Assembly (NCBI GenBank): GCA_030265395.1
Contig: JARFYF010000053.1
Location: forward strand, 24,389,951 to 24,453,950
Length of the DNA stretch: 64,000 bases
Origin: Rhina ancylostomus
Taxonomy: Eukaryota
Reading direction: 5' to 3'
Shown: one piece after another, positions 13,105 through 26,438 of the stretch
Layout of the letters: every line of letters begins with the position of its first letter
Position numbering within the stretch: the stretch's first letter is position 1
Translations under genes and position numbers: made by a program
The notes under the pieces: model-generated
What the model saw: only the letters and a program-made list of their open reading frames with translations
The model's database searches: none
What the model was told of the DNA's origin: nothing

Positions 13105-13381
13105 TTAAGATTTCTTTATTAATCACATGTACATTGAAACATGCAGTGAAATGCGTCTTTTTGCATTAATGAGAACGTGCAGGGGGCAGCCTGCAAGTGT
13201 CACCACTCTTCTGGTGCCAACACAGCATGCCCACAGTTCCTAACCTGTACGTCTTTGAAATGTGGGAGGAAACCCATGCAGACATAGGGAAAACGTAAAA
13301 AACTCCTTACAGACAGCAGTGGGAATTGAACTCCGGCACTTTAATAGCATTACGCTAACCACTACACTACCACGCTGCCCT
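13105..13381 (-). mobile_element. tRNA-derived SINE, near full length
   Basis: aaacccatgcagacatagggaaaacgtaaaaactccttacagacagc...accacgctgccc; homologous to 1-129. Confidence 0.75.
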
Positions 13382-13770
13382 AAAGGACATGAAAGAAACT
13401 GCCCATTTATGCTTGCAATTCATTTTAGCTAGCTATGGTTTCTTCAGGGCTTTGACATTTCCCAGTCAAGTGTATGTTAAAGTATTTTAAAAGCATAAAG
13501 CTGGTATTAACTGTCTGATGGTCACCTGATTTAGAATACTAGCAGAAGTCGCAAAATGAGGATACCTTCAACAGAAATCTCCAGTGAGTAACTTTAAATA
13601 TTTACTGAGACTTGTTCTGAGAGTAGTAATGTGCTACAATATGGCAGAAAGAGGGGGAGAAGAATGGAACAACTTCCTACTGTTTTCATCACATTTGGAA
13701 TGCAAAATTTGACACATGCAGAGAAATATTTTAAATAAAGACAGTGCTAGGTATGAGTTGTATATCTTAC

Positions 13771-13791
13771 CCTCATCATCATCTTCATCAG
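13771..13791 (-). CDS. TNNT2: TNNT2 N-terminal micro-exon (21 nt): (A)DEDDDE
   Basis: Acceptor cttatttcag, donor gtaaga, symmetric phase 1, acidic. Confidence 0.8.
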
Positions 13792-14415
13792 CTGAAATAA
13801 GCATTCAAACAACATGGGTTTGTTAAAACAAATTTGGGGGAAAAAATCAGTGTGACAATGTACTTAATAAAGTAACAGAGCACTATTTTTGTTCTACCCG
13901 ACAGTAGATATGTTAAATGGATCAAGAAAGGAACTGAAATAGTTCAGAAAATTCTAGTGATATGTTGCATAATAAATAATAACAACCTTTAGCTTTGAGC
14001 TAAAATTTATTATTAAAGGGGACAGAAGTATTTACAATATAATATATTTCTCCTCTTTTAGACCTCTCAATGAACTCCCCGAAACCTCATATCTGACAGG
14101 TAAATTCACAGTTTAAACACCTCCCTCCCACTCCCTAAGAACCTGAGTTTTCAGTGTTTATGGTCCAAGATGGTATTTAAATAATACTATCAGATGTTCC
14201 AAGAGCAAATTCCTCCGCTGAAAGAATAGTGATTTCTTTTAACTTCTGGATACCGAGGCAAAGTTGTTGATCATAATTTAACAGTTAAGTACCCCTGTGT
14301 TTCCAGCCAAATGTGTATAGAACTTTGGAGTTTTAAATGAGCCACTCTTTTATGGTCTTTATTTACAGAGATCAGATATACAAAAATAAACAATGGCATA
14401 CTTGAAATAATTTAC

Positions 14416-14433
14416 CTTGTTCCTTTTCTTCTT
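14416..14433 (-). CDS. TNNT2: TNNT2 N-terminal micro-exon (18 nt): (E)EEKEQ
   Basis: Acceptor attgtag, donor gtaaat, symmetric phase 1. Confidence 0.75.
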
Positions 14434-15059
14434 CTACAATATGGTGAATTAAAAGAACACAAAAAAGAATGATTAGTGATCTAAAACTAATGCTGTTTTT
14501 AATTCTGTAGTCTTTAAGGAAAAAAATCATTATTATCTTATTTGTCCCTCATTTCTTATCAGTAACAAAATTGCCTAACCACAAAGGGCTAGGTCCAAAA
14601 TTCACATACAAGGTAACAAATCCTAGGTCCAAAAGGTTCTGTGGAGTGCAATTGGCATTTACAACAGTAGTGTTGACAATAATAACCTGCCATGCTTCAG
14701 AACCACTCCCAAGGATCTGAAAAATGCCAAATGATAAATCTGGAGGGAAAGGCAAGTTGACATAGAAATGGTTTATTATCCATACTCAATAGCGTCTAAA
14801 CAATAGTGAGGGAAACATTCTCTGCATCTAATGGCACAAATTTTACAATTGCAATGCTGGCAAAACTGTCAGCAAATATTACACTGAAGTTATTCAAATT
14901 AAAACCAAAAATTTGGAAGCTTCTGACAGTGATATCTGTTCCACAGCTGTTGAAATTCCCTCAATGAAATTCTTTTGAAATCACTAAATTGGTAAGATCT
15001 TATTATTCACTACACTATTTTCACTGTTGAGCCTCAGTGAATATAAAATTTTAAGCTGC

Positions 15060-15395
15060 ATAGAAAGGGCAGACAGTTGGACTGTATCCCAGGGTAAGGG
15101 AGCCTAAAACAAGAGGGCATAGGTTTAAGGTGAGAGGGGAAAAAATTTAAAGGGATCTGAGGGGCAAGTTTTTCCAGAGGTTGTTGAGTATATGGAACAA
15201 CTGCTAGAGGAGGTGATGGAAGGAGGTAGAATTACATTGTTTTTAAAAAAAAAACATTTGGATCAGTACATGAACAGGAAATGCTTAGAAGGATGTCAGC
15301 CAGTGCAGGCAAATGGAATTAGTGTAGGTGGGAAACTTGGTTGGCATGGATGAATTGGGCTGAAGGGCCTGCTTCTGAACTGTGTAGCTCTAAAT
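15060..15395 (+). mobile_element. CR1-like LINE 3' end
   Basis: aagagggcataggtttaaggtgagagggg...gggctgaagggcctgcttc, the typical CR1 3' tail. Confidence 0.7.
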
Positions 15396-16194
15396 CTATG
15401 AACCTACTAAGATGACCTGAGTTTTTAAACAGTGCAATCAGCTATAACTCCTGATGAAATCCCTCTGAACCTAAAAAAAAAATTAGTTTTAATCTGGTTC
15501 CTTCAAGATTATTGTTTCAACACTCTATATTTGACTATAAATGTTTTTGTTTAAAAATTATTTTTGATCAAATGCTTCAACACTTCAGTTTCTTCAAATT
15601 TAGCAGCAAGAGCCTTCACTTTACTGCTGACCGCAAAATGCGGATCAATGTTTTTATTCTCCTTTGCTTTAATTTTTTCTTCCCCCATATAGTGAAGCCA
15701 TAATGTGTGGTATTGGAGTGTTCCTTTTCCAGGTGTCAGTCTATACAAAGCAGGTGATCATTCAAGAGCATAACCTGACCTTTGCAACTCTTAAAGGAAT
15801 GAGCAGATTTTCTCTTCCCAATTAAGTCTGTAGGCTAAATAGCATTCTTCATGATTACGTTGAGCTATCAGTGTATTACAATAAGGTTATTCATTTAATT
15901 TAAGAGCTTTAGTGTTTAACTTTGCAGTTTATCTTTGCCACAGATTGAGTAACAGTTTTTTTTCCTATTTCTGGCCTCTGGTAGTTATTAATACACCTTC
16001 TATCAACTCAAAACTGACTACTAAAAGCTAGGATTAGAGATGCAGAATATTCCTCGTCTACATGGATCAATTCTTGATTTAACCAGTTAAGTTATTACAG
16101 TGGATGGACATCTAAACAATAATTATGTGAACACGAATCAATTACTTTTGGGTATTAAATAATCTGAACAAATGAGAATTAAAATTTTAGTTAC

Positions 16195-16215
16195 CATTTT
16201 CTTCTAGTACCTCTT
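16195..16215 (-). CDS. TNNT2: TNNT2 N-terminal micro-exon (21 nt): (E)EVLEEN
   Basis: Acceptor cttctattacag, donor gtaact, symmetric phase 1. Confidence 0.75.
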
Positions 16216-18244
16216 CTGTAATAGAAGTAATGTTATAATTTGAAAATTAGTCAATATAGTTAAGTAACACAACTTTCATTAAAATTAGATGTATGCCCAC
16301 ACAAAAGTATAAGTAACAGTAAAAGCCTTAAAAATAAAGGTACTATATCACTATTTTTAAATTTGCCAGTACTTCACCAGAAGTTTGGATATAGTTTGTC
16401 TCCATAGGTTATTTAGTGTATCCCCTTCTCAGATGAAGCAAATATTTAATAGTGCACACCAAAATGAAGCTCTTTGGTTTTTCCCTTTAAGAAACATCAA
16501 TGTGTAATTGCCAGCTGATCAATAATGCTAGAATGCTGTGAATAAGTGACCCACATTCCACTTTGCTTCCAAAATTCACTTCCATTGAAAAGAATTCTGT
16601 AAGATGTTGACTGTGATTCCAGTACTTTGCTATGATTGGGATACATTTCTGGGAAAATGTGTATAATAGTAGCACTTGTTCAGCTATTTGATCTATATAC
16701 AAAGTATGAAAAAGTATATCTGAGCAGGTTTTGTGCAGAATTAATCCTGGTTGAGCCTGACATTGATACTGGTTACACTGGTATTCAGACAGTATAACAC
16801 TCATTTTATTTTTGGAGATTGCTGAATTAATACTAATTGACTTATTAAATGATCAACACTTATGATCAATTAGACAGTAGAATACTTTCTCTCAATGATG
16901 TATTTTGCTGGAACAGACAAGTGTACCAGGTGATGTCAGGGAGCTGTCTAAAATTATGAAATGATGAGGCTGAGTTATTATGAAATAAATGGATTTCTAC
17001 GTGCACTACCTGACAATAAACAAGAGCAAGAGTGCTGCCAGGTATTGCACCACACCAAATTTAGTTTACTCGTGATTGAAGAGATTAGTACATGAAATTC
17101 TTGCTATCACACAAGAAATTTGATACAGAGGCAAGCAGAAGTGTTTTGAACCAAGCTGTGGAAGGCATGACTAAAATGTTGACTGGAACAAATGCATGCA
17201 TAGGTTTTAAGAATGAGATAAGTGGTTGACTGAAGGAGCTGGCATAAACTCCATGTTTTTATTAAATTGTATTTTAAGCTTTGTGGATAATTGCAGTTTA
17301 CAGTATCTTTTTAAAAAAAACTGCCATGCAATCCCATTTCTAGTCATATGTAATTTGCATTTGATAGATTATTTTGCAATAAATGTGTTTACTACAATAA
17401 CATGAAACCTAATATTTGAAAATCATTTAAAATACAGGTTGAGAGACCTCTCAAATTCACAGCAGGTGAAAATCTAAGGAAATGAATGCACTAAGGGATG
17501 GCAGAAATAGCTCCAATAATATTTTATCAGGAAGAGAATTCAAATCTTTAAGAAGCTATTTATATGGTTGTTGAAAAGACAAATAGAATGTGGACAGCAG
17601 GAACTGATACTAAAGGCTGTTTTAAAAATCTGCAGACATACTTAAACCAAACTTGACCAGGTTTATTCTTTTGGCTTCAAAGGTATAATAAAATGGTAGC
17701 ATAATAGTTGACTTACTGAGCGGGTTATCTTAATGGCTTTAATGAATATTGGAGGTGTGAGTTCAAATCTTCCTTGGCAGGGACTTAAAGTATTGAATCA
17801 ATGGATTTATTGTAAAAACCTAGTATCAGTAATGATAAATATGAAACTAACAATTTGTCATTTTAAAAACCCATGAAGCTTCTTGACATTTGAAGATTAT
17901 AAGCCAGGGACATCTAGTAAGTAGTCATAGAACAAATCATGATCTGGGTTCAGAAATGATGCAAGTTGGTCAACATATAAATGATAAGTTAGCAGGGCAG
18001 CAGTACAGAATGAAGCAATAACTGACTTTTGCACATAAAGAATATTTGGCACACTTTTTAAGGCAGAGTGGCAACATTCTTCAATCAAGAGTTAATTAAT
18101 TGTCATGTTGATGATCAACTTTCCATTGGAAAACTATGATCTGGAAGTGTAAAACAGCCTCTGCCCTTTCTATTTATCATAAAACTGCCAAAAGAGACTT
18201 AACTAATCTTATGCATAAGAATGATCAGGAAAAAGTATACAAAC

Positions 18245-18256
18245 CTTCAGCTTCTT
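18245..18256 (-). CDS. TNNT2: TNNT2 N-terminal micro-exon (12 nt): (E)EAE
   Basis: Acceptor gtaacag, donor gtttgt, symmetric phase 1; ~107 nt downstream of the 11-nt exon. Confidence 0.7.
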
Positions 18257-18363
18257 CTGTTACAGCAGGCAAATAAAACACAAGGAAAAATATTTAATAC
18301 AGGTCACTGGAATATTCCTTTTACAAAGATGGAACTGCAAGATGATATTTTTCAATGTCTTAC

Positions 18364-18374
18364 CTTCTTGTTCC
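18364..18374 (-). CDS. TNNT2: TNNT2 micro-exon (11 nt): (E)EQE
   Basis: Acceptor ttttcctcccctag, donor gtaaga, phase 2 to 1; g-gaa-caa-gaa-g matches the short EQE exon of amniote TNNT2 (recalled). Confidence 0.88.
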
Positions 18375-18988
18375 CTAGGGGAGGAAAATGCAATAATCAT
18401 TAAAAGTTTCCCAAAGACTCCCACACATTGGCTAAATAGCTGATCTCTACAAATCGGGTGAATCTAATGTTCATAGTCTGGTTTATGTTGAGTTAACTGA
18501 TTACTCAGATCCTTGCATTAGGGAGAAAAGGTTAGACCAATTTTCCTATTTATGATCAATATTCTGATAAAATTATTCTGCATGGATTCTAAGCAAAAGG
18601 GAAATTGACTCCCCAGATTCTACCACTCACCTACACAGTCAGGGCAATTTAAAGTGACCAATTAACCTACCAACTTGTCTGTCTTATGGGAGAAAACCTG
18701 CACAGTCACAGGGATGACATTGCAAACTTCAGGCAGACTGCACCTGAAGTTCAAATTGAAGCCAGGTCTCTTGCTCTGTGAGTGAATGGTTTTATAGATG
18801 TCACTATCATCCTAGTTAGTATGGCCACTTGGCTGAAGTAATGGACAAAGAATCAGTGTTTTCAAGAGAAGCAGTTTTATCATATTTGCAAGGAAGTGTT
18901 ACAGACATTGGACTCTGAAAGTGATAAAACATTAAACAACAAAAATTCAAAGAAAAAAAGCTAAAAATATCATAAATATTATACTTAC

Positions 18989-19032
18989 TCAACTTCCTCA
19001 AACTCCTCTACAACTTCTTCAGTTTCCGACAT
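18989..19032 (-). CDS. TNNT2: TNNT2 first coding exon: MSETEEVVEEFEEV(E); exon extends 5' to the acceptor at 19046
   Basis: Acceptor ctttcaattccaag, 14 nt of UTR, aacATGtcggaa, donor gtaagt; MS(D/E)xEEVVEE start typical of troponin T. Confidence 0.92.
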
Positions 19033-21993
19033 GTTCAAAATAAGTTCTTGGAATTGAAAGATAAAAGTCAAAATTTGTCTCTAGTCCAGAAATAAAGAAC
19101 AATTCTACAAAACTCCTTGAAGGTCTTTTTTGTTTTAAATAGATGCTGGATTTTTGAAATAAAACTGGAAGATACTGGAAATAGTTAGCAGGTTAGACAG
19201 AACCTGTGGAAAGATAAATGAAGGTAACATTTCAGATCAAAGACCCTTCATGAGAACTTTGAAAATGAGAAAACAAGTTCATTTTAAGTTGAAGTGAGAA
19301 TGGGGCAGGGTGGATAGAACAAGGAGAATGGCACTGATGGGATGTGGTCAGATGATGCTAATGTTTATGGAGCCAACTGTTTAATAAAAAAAGGTAGTTG
19401 GGTGGGGGGGGGGGGAAAGAGAGATCGAATAAACAAAACATGTTAAAGCTGTGAAATGTCGATCACAGCTGTTGCTGACACTGGAAGCTAACAGGAAATG
19501 CCCAACAGATCAGGTAATGCACTTTGAGAGAGAAAATCTGAATTAATATTACAAATGACTACCTTGCCAGTTCTGATACAATGAGGGAAAAGGGTGTTAG
19601 CTGAAATTGTCGATTTTGATTGAGAATCCTGAAGGTAGCACAGTGTGTGATGCATATTGCGCTTAGCATTAGAAATGATTATAAATGATTATATTAGCAG
19701 TTCCAAGTTAATTTAAAGGGATGTAACACATTTGAGTAAGTCTGAGAGAGAATCTGGAGATAAACTTAAGAAAATCATTTGGAAAGGCAATAATATTTTG
19801 AATTTGTTTTACAAGCATCAGCCTTTGGAAACAATGTTTGGATGAGAATATTGGCTGGTACATCCTAAAATCTTTTACTATAAATGAATGGCAGGATGTA
19901 AATCCTTGTCTAAGCAATGGAATTGTAAACCAAGCTTGCAGTTGTATTTCTGCAAAAGAGATGTGCAGAATGAATTAATTCTAAGTGGAGAGTTCTGTTT
20001 ACTCCCAAAGGTAGCAATGCACCTTGTTTGTAGTGAGTGGAGGGAAAAAGCATGAGGACATGTATGACCATGATTGTCCTGGCAGTGCTAATGTAACTCA
20101 TGTGGCCATTGCCTGGTAGGTGCACCTCAGCCCACAAGCAGGAGTGGCAAAATATTGGTGGGTAAGAGTTGCATCAAATGGCATGTCACATTTATTCCTC
20201 CTTCATAGATGCTCCTTAATCAAAGGGGGGGGGGAGGGAGAATTCCTACTGACAAACTCACTCCATGAAAGTGTTGGAAGATCAAGTGGCACTAATTATC
20301 TGATCAACTTAATGGACACATGAAAGAAACAAGAAAATGAATTAAAACATGGACGTAAATAGCACTTTGAAAAATATATTAGGCTGTTTTAAGAACTTTC
20401 CGGGTTATGAAATGTAGTTAATTACTTTAATTGCTCATTGAACACAGATGCATAGATACCAGCTGCAATGCTGCTGTAGACACTTGGAAGTGGCATCAAT
20501 ATCTGAAGTATGGCATCTGGCTCTAACTTTTTAAATTCAGTTGTATGTGAGCACACATTAGAGCACTGGCAGAATGGCCTATTTTCTAAGGGGCTCTGTC
20601 TGTAATGTGCCATGTATTAATCAAAACATCAAAAATCCATTTACTACTTATTGCAGATCAATAAGGATCATGTTGGTTTTTATTTGAATCAGTAATAATT
20701 ATAATGAGTGATCTTGGCACAAGGGCAATATAACAGTAGGAAGCATTTCAGATCCAATGAGGCATGCACCTGCTTCCATTATCATTATTCTACAGTTATC
20801 AGTATGATTTTATAAAATCATGAATATTATATTTTGTTTTCTAGCGAGATGGTGATAGTGTTCCATCATAAAGTTTAATTTGATTTGTGTGTGTGTTTAT
20901 GTATATATAAATTCTATCAGCTCTTCACACCATTTTTGGTAATTATTCAGGTAAACAACCTATTTAAGGATGACATTTCTGAAGAATGAAAAACTAAATT
21001 CTTCAATATATTCCAGGATCATTTGTATAATTTCACTTTCTGATTTTAAATATAATTCCCATTTATGGTTATGAAATAAGAGCATCCTAACAGTTTCAAA
21101 CATCGGGTTTTTTAATCAAAAGGTATACTATCTTTACCATTTGAAAAGGAAGTATTATTGACAGTCAGTGTAAAGATTGCTTTCCCAGACTATTCAGATT
21201 TTATTTAGAGATTAATTCCATCAGAGTAGAATATTACAATTGCATATTTAAATCAGGGCTGCACACAGTGATAAATTAATGTTTCCAAATGATCACTGCA
21301 AGACTGGGTTACAATTGCATCAAGTGGCCCACTTATTCTCCTGCATAACTGAAATCATTGCAATTCTCTGTCCTTTTAAAGAGGCATTTGAGAAAGAATT
21401 TAATCATTTTAGATAAGAACTAGCTAATAATAGGTTGTAATCTCCTTCATAGCCTTAAATGCATAAGAAATTAGAATGTATTCAGGGCTTGAAATCTCCT
21501 CTTCGTGGAAAGCAGTTTCCATCATTCCCCTCCTCCTCCGCTCCACCCATCACCCCTCATAATTCATTATCCCCACAATTACTTAATTTATATCATCTCA
21601 AGTTCATTAGTCAGATTGTTGTGAAGAAAAGTACTGAGCTTCACATTTTTTGTTACATGCAGAATTTTACCCCGTATTTACACTACAAAATTCTGAATAA
21701 AAATAAAGCAATATTAGCTCATGAATTTTAAAACCAGTGCAAGAACAATTGTACATTACATTAAGGGAAAGGATTTGGCAGGTATAGTTTTAACTACAAA
21801 TGCCACCGAATGGCTGCTAAATCTACAGCTATTTTATATTCATGCCAAACAGAAAAAATGTAAAATTTACTGTAGAATTTTGTAAACTGCCTTTTGCACT
21901 GAAATGTTTTGAATGTTCCATATAGACAACAATTAATAATCCAAAAAGAGAAATTTTTCAATAATGTAAAGTTGCAAAAGCCAATTTTCTTAC

Positions 21994-22050
21994 CTAGAAT
22001 GGAAAAATGTAGAAGGAAAGGAGAGCAAGACTTTCCTCAGCTAACTTCAA
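21994..22050 (-). other. TNNT2: Putative non-coding exon 1 of TNNT2 (5' end approximate)
   Basis: Strong donor tag|gtaaga at 21994, AT-rich TATA-like stretch near 22063-22075, muscle motifs upstream. TNNT genes have a non-coding first exon. Confidence 0.45.
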
Positions 22051-22059
22051 AAGATCTGA

Positions 22060-22350
22060 AAGTTTATTTTTAAAGTTTTGTGCTTAAAACAAAGTCCAGC
22101 CCCAAAGACCAGTGNNNNNNCTGATTGGTGAGACACAGTTGATATTTGCGTTAAGCGTTACATGCACTATTTTGGAAGAATGTTGGTTTGTCTGTCCTGG
22201 ACAGAAACACTATTCGCTAATCCATAAAAGTCCATCATTGTTGGGGCATCTGGCTATTCTTAGATGTCAGTACGGTGAGTGTCACTACAAAGGCACAAAT
22301 GGATTTTATAGGGGTGGGGGTTAGAAGATAGAGATGAGAGACAAGAATGT
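22060..22350 (-). promoter_or_regulatory. Putative TNNT2 proximal promoter
   Basis: On the minus strand: MEF2-like CCAAAATAG (22167-22175) and CTAAGAATAG (22254-22263), MCAT-like CATTCT (22177-22182, 22344-22349), CACCC box (22311-22320). Confidence 0.4.
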
Positions 22351-25300
22351 AGAAGGCAAGTTTTTTTTAAATACTTGATGAAAACCATAAGAATAAATGT
22401 ATTGGTATAATCTCAAAGAATTTTTATTCTTAAATATATCATAATAACTGCCTTTTTGTTGTCATCTGTACCTACGCTTGCAACTGTGGTGATCGATGTT
22501 ACTTTTTAATGTAACATCTGTTTCAAAAATGTGTATCTTTGTCCCAAAAGGAAAATGAGTGTTTAGAATCAATGTATTAGCTCACTATTCCATTGTTAGA
22601 GGATTCTTCAAGCCCAAGTGAACCAAAACACATTACTTCATTACAGACTGAGATTCTCTTATTCAGGTTTATTGCATACAAATATAATTTGCTTATTTCT
22701 GATTACAGCAAAGTTTACAATGAGCTGCTGCTCTGTTTAAACATTAGTGACTGATCAACTTAATTAGGAAGGAAAGCATTAGAACTGAGCAGAAGTTAAA
22801 AATGCTTGAAACAGTGCATGGAAACTTGCTGAGAAACATGAAATTGCAGATATTTCTCTGCATAAGTGCCACCATACTCAGAGTTCCACCTGATTGTGGA
22901 AGTCTTACTGGCTTTGTCAGTGATTCTTCAAATGTGTTCTGATATATGATGTGCTACAATTTTTCCAGCAAATATTGGAGGACCTGCCCACCAATCTTGT
23001 GCCTAGCTAGACATGTGCAGAAACAATGAATCTATTCATGTGAATGGAGAGAGAGAGAGCAAGAGCCATGTGGGGTATAGGAAAGTGAGATAATTAGTAT
23101 TACTTTCAATTGAGTTTGCTTAAATGTTTTTAAAGTGTTTTGGGGAGTTTAATTTTAATATTAAAGATAATTAGAACATTTAAAATACCTGAGGTGAGGA
23201 GATCCGGTTTTGGATATACCATCTCCACATCAGCTGCAGTGATCTTTGCTGGCTGGCTGACAGGCAATAATACAGGACATTGTTGGAGGGCTGTGGTGGG
23301 GTCACAAATGCCGCTGTCTTGAGATGAAACAGCAGATCTATGTCCATAAAGCCACCATCACTCCTCCAGAGCTGCAGCTCAACAACCCCAGTGAAATGCT
23401 GGATGATGCATTACTGGTTTGTGGTGATATCTGAAAGACTCTCTACACATTGGCATCCAGAGCAGAAGGTGGCACATGCCTGAGCTTCCATTGTAGATGT
23501 TGGGTGGTCTCTTCTTGGTCTGAGACGTTTGACCTTTTGATGCTGCACCATGGATATGTTTGCAAGTGTGCTGAAGAAGTTAGCCATTACTTGCATGCAT
23601 TTCCTTTAATGTGCTTAATGATTATTGAAGGGGCAGTGGGATGCATTCCCCTGCTGGCTTTGATGAAAGGTGATTAACCTGAGGCATTAATATTGTTTCT
23701 ATTGATCTGCTGTGAATTCTGACTTCCAGTGTTTGCTGTATTTTGCATTTGTATTATTTGAGGATATTGTCACCTTCAATCACTTGAGCAATAATGATGA
23801 GCACCTGTATCCTTCATGCAGTCATGTGTGTCTGCCATTTCGCTGTTGCTGTTTCCAATCATTATCCCACTGTTCTGCAAGCCAGCAGTATGTGAATCAG
23901 TGAATGTTGTCCGATGTCTTTGGATGATTTTCCTGACAAAGTTGAATAAGTTAGTAACCTGTAAATAGCTGTGAGATAAGTGAAGAGATTTTCATCAATG
24001 CTAAGTATGCAACCTCTTGAATGTTAGGTATGAGTTCTGATTCATAGGGATTGTTGGTAGTTGATTGAGAATGATGTGGTGCACTGATCAGAGTCAGAGG
24101 CTACTGCTGCAGATGAAGTGATAAGTCATTACAAAGAATCGTTCAAAGCCATGTGAAGCTATTTGAAATTTTTAGAGCTCTGTCCCAGTTCTTTGGTGGC
24201 TTAATGTTAAACTAATTGCCTTTGTAGGATTTGTCTGGAGCCTTGCCCTCTGTTGATAGGAAGATAAATGTTTTCTTTCTTCCTTCCTGCATCAAAGATT
24301 CCACCTGGCATTCAAAAACCACAGAATTCACTGTTACATTCTGTGCCACTTATCACAGTTTCTTTCATTAACCTCTATTGTAGAGTGCCTGCCAACAGCT
24401 CTGCCATCAAATTATCCCTCATCTTTTGAGGTGCATGTTGGTTTTAAGTATTCCAGGTTGCTAGCAACTCAAGATATTGGGCCCCTGTTACACTGAACAG
24501 GGCTGTTATGAGCAGGCAGAATAAAATTGGCATCCTAACTGCATCAAAACATTGAAAAAATAGTTAATTATGAATCGAGCACAATTAGTTGGTAAGTTGA
24601 ATTTTCTGCACTCCTTTGATGCCCATCAAAAATGTTATCCTTGGCAGATGTAGGCACAGAAGTAGTTTGAGGGAGATATTGGTGGTCTACTTCTTTCATT
24701 AAGCATTCCTCTGACCACTCTGTCTCAATTAATTAGCATCATCTGATGATTTTTGTTAAAATGTACAATATGCACTCTGCTGTGTGGTATATTGATATTT
24801 GAAATTAGGCTTTATCAAAGTGGAAAAACTAGGCATCCAGTACAAAATTATGCATATAGTGCAATAACTTTGAATTTACAACTTTTTTTTAAAAAAGCTT
24901 CAAGTATAATTAATTCAGAGGTGATTTCAAATCAAACAGGTGGAAACAACTGGAGCAGATTATAGCATAAAATTTTCCCACTAAAATTGGTCTGAGTCTG
25001 TTAGTGCCAAAAATAAATAGTATTCCCTTGAAATTTAAAATGAGGCCAGTTGAGAGATAGTATAACTAAATAAATGAATCCAGTACTTAAACTTCTACAT
25101 CATGCTTGGAGCACATGACATTGATTGCAAAGTAAACAGAACATGTCCCACTTCCACATGATCAGAATGTGCACATCTCTTCCAAAATGTATAAACATAT
25201 TTTCAGCCTTTTCTGAAGAAACATTCACAACAAGTATTTTGTATTCATTTTCTTTCTCAAAATAGCAGATTTCAAATCATCTGGTTATGTGATCCATGAC

Positions 25301-26438
25301 TGTTACCATAAAGAAAAAGATGGGTCCCCTTCACTTGCATTCCTTTTGCAGCAGGGATGCACTGGTGATGAATATAAAATGGATGTATTTTCCAATGGGC
25401 CTATTGAAAACATATCACTTACATTTATTTTCTAATTGCAGCAAAAATTCCAATTTAAAATTCTAGTATGCAGCAAAACATTTTTTGTGCTATATGATAG
25501 AATTCTGCCTAAAACCCAAATTATGATTGGATACTTTGTGTGAGATTGCTGTTCTGCAACAACATTGCAGTCCTTGTGAATGAAGTGGTTATGCATTGAC
25601 ATCAGAGGAGATGGTTGAGTGATATCAAACAGAATCCAATGAATGATTGACGCCGCTCTCTGATTTCTCTACTGTGAATTCACGGTACATACGCCTTATT
25701 TGGCTTGTGAAACCCTACCTCTGCATTACCTCAGATTTCTTCCCTGCCTGGGTCACTATTGCAGAATCTATCAGTGAATATTTCACCAGGGGGTTCCAGG
25801 GGTTGTCACTCTCGATGGTAAGTTCCTTTCTTCCAATTTTTTTTCCCATGTTTTTGAGGGCCCCAACCACCACCAGCCTGGCTCTGGGAGCCCACCTACA
25901 ACTGATATCTCAACAGTGTGGGTGGTACGTTACCCATATCCATACACCATTCCCCATGCAACATTACAAGACAAAGCCTTCCCCAAATTGTCAAAGGTTT
26001 CTAGACCAGGACCACTAAAATCATTAAAATTTCAATTGTGTGTAAATGAACAGTTTCAAATTTTGAAACATTAGTAGAGTGAAACCAGGATGATCTCGTA
26101 CTGATATCATAAGGAATATAATCTTGATTTATCCTGCCATACATTGTAACAGCCTAAGTTATGTCAAGCAGCAACAAAAATTGGTCAGGTGTTGTATCTC
26201 TGCATCCCTTTTGCATCACTGTTTCTGCAGTAATAGTTAACTATTTTATTATTTGTTCTCCATTTTTTTTGTCAATGGTTGAAATCTAAGAATTCACTAC
26301 TAAAAGATGGGCCAAAAATCCTTATGCCCTTAAATAGGTGCGCTTGCAATCAGACACTTATTGCACATTTTCAGTGTATAATGCCTCATTTAGCTGATTG
26401 CAGTGTAGGAAGCACTGACGAGAATTCCGATCAACATC

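Larger units (their letters stand above)
644..19032 (-). other. TNNT2: Troponin T, cardiac type: span of coding exons (3' end continues off the left edge of the window)
   Basis: Joined exons translate in frame to [262 protein letters not shown]. Cardiac-type motifs ([35 protein letters not shown]) and the LAD1 neighbour point to TNNT2. Confidence 0.9.

Noticed and set aside
23200-24420. Possible ancient LINE or pseudogene
   Set aside because: Composition hints at decayed coding sequence, but I could not recover a diagnostic motif
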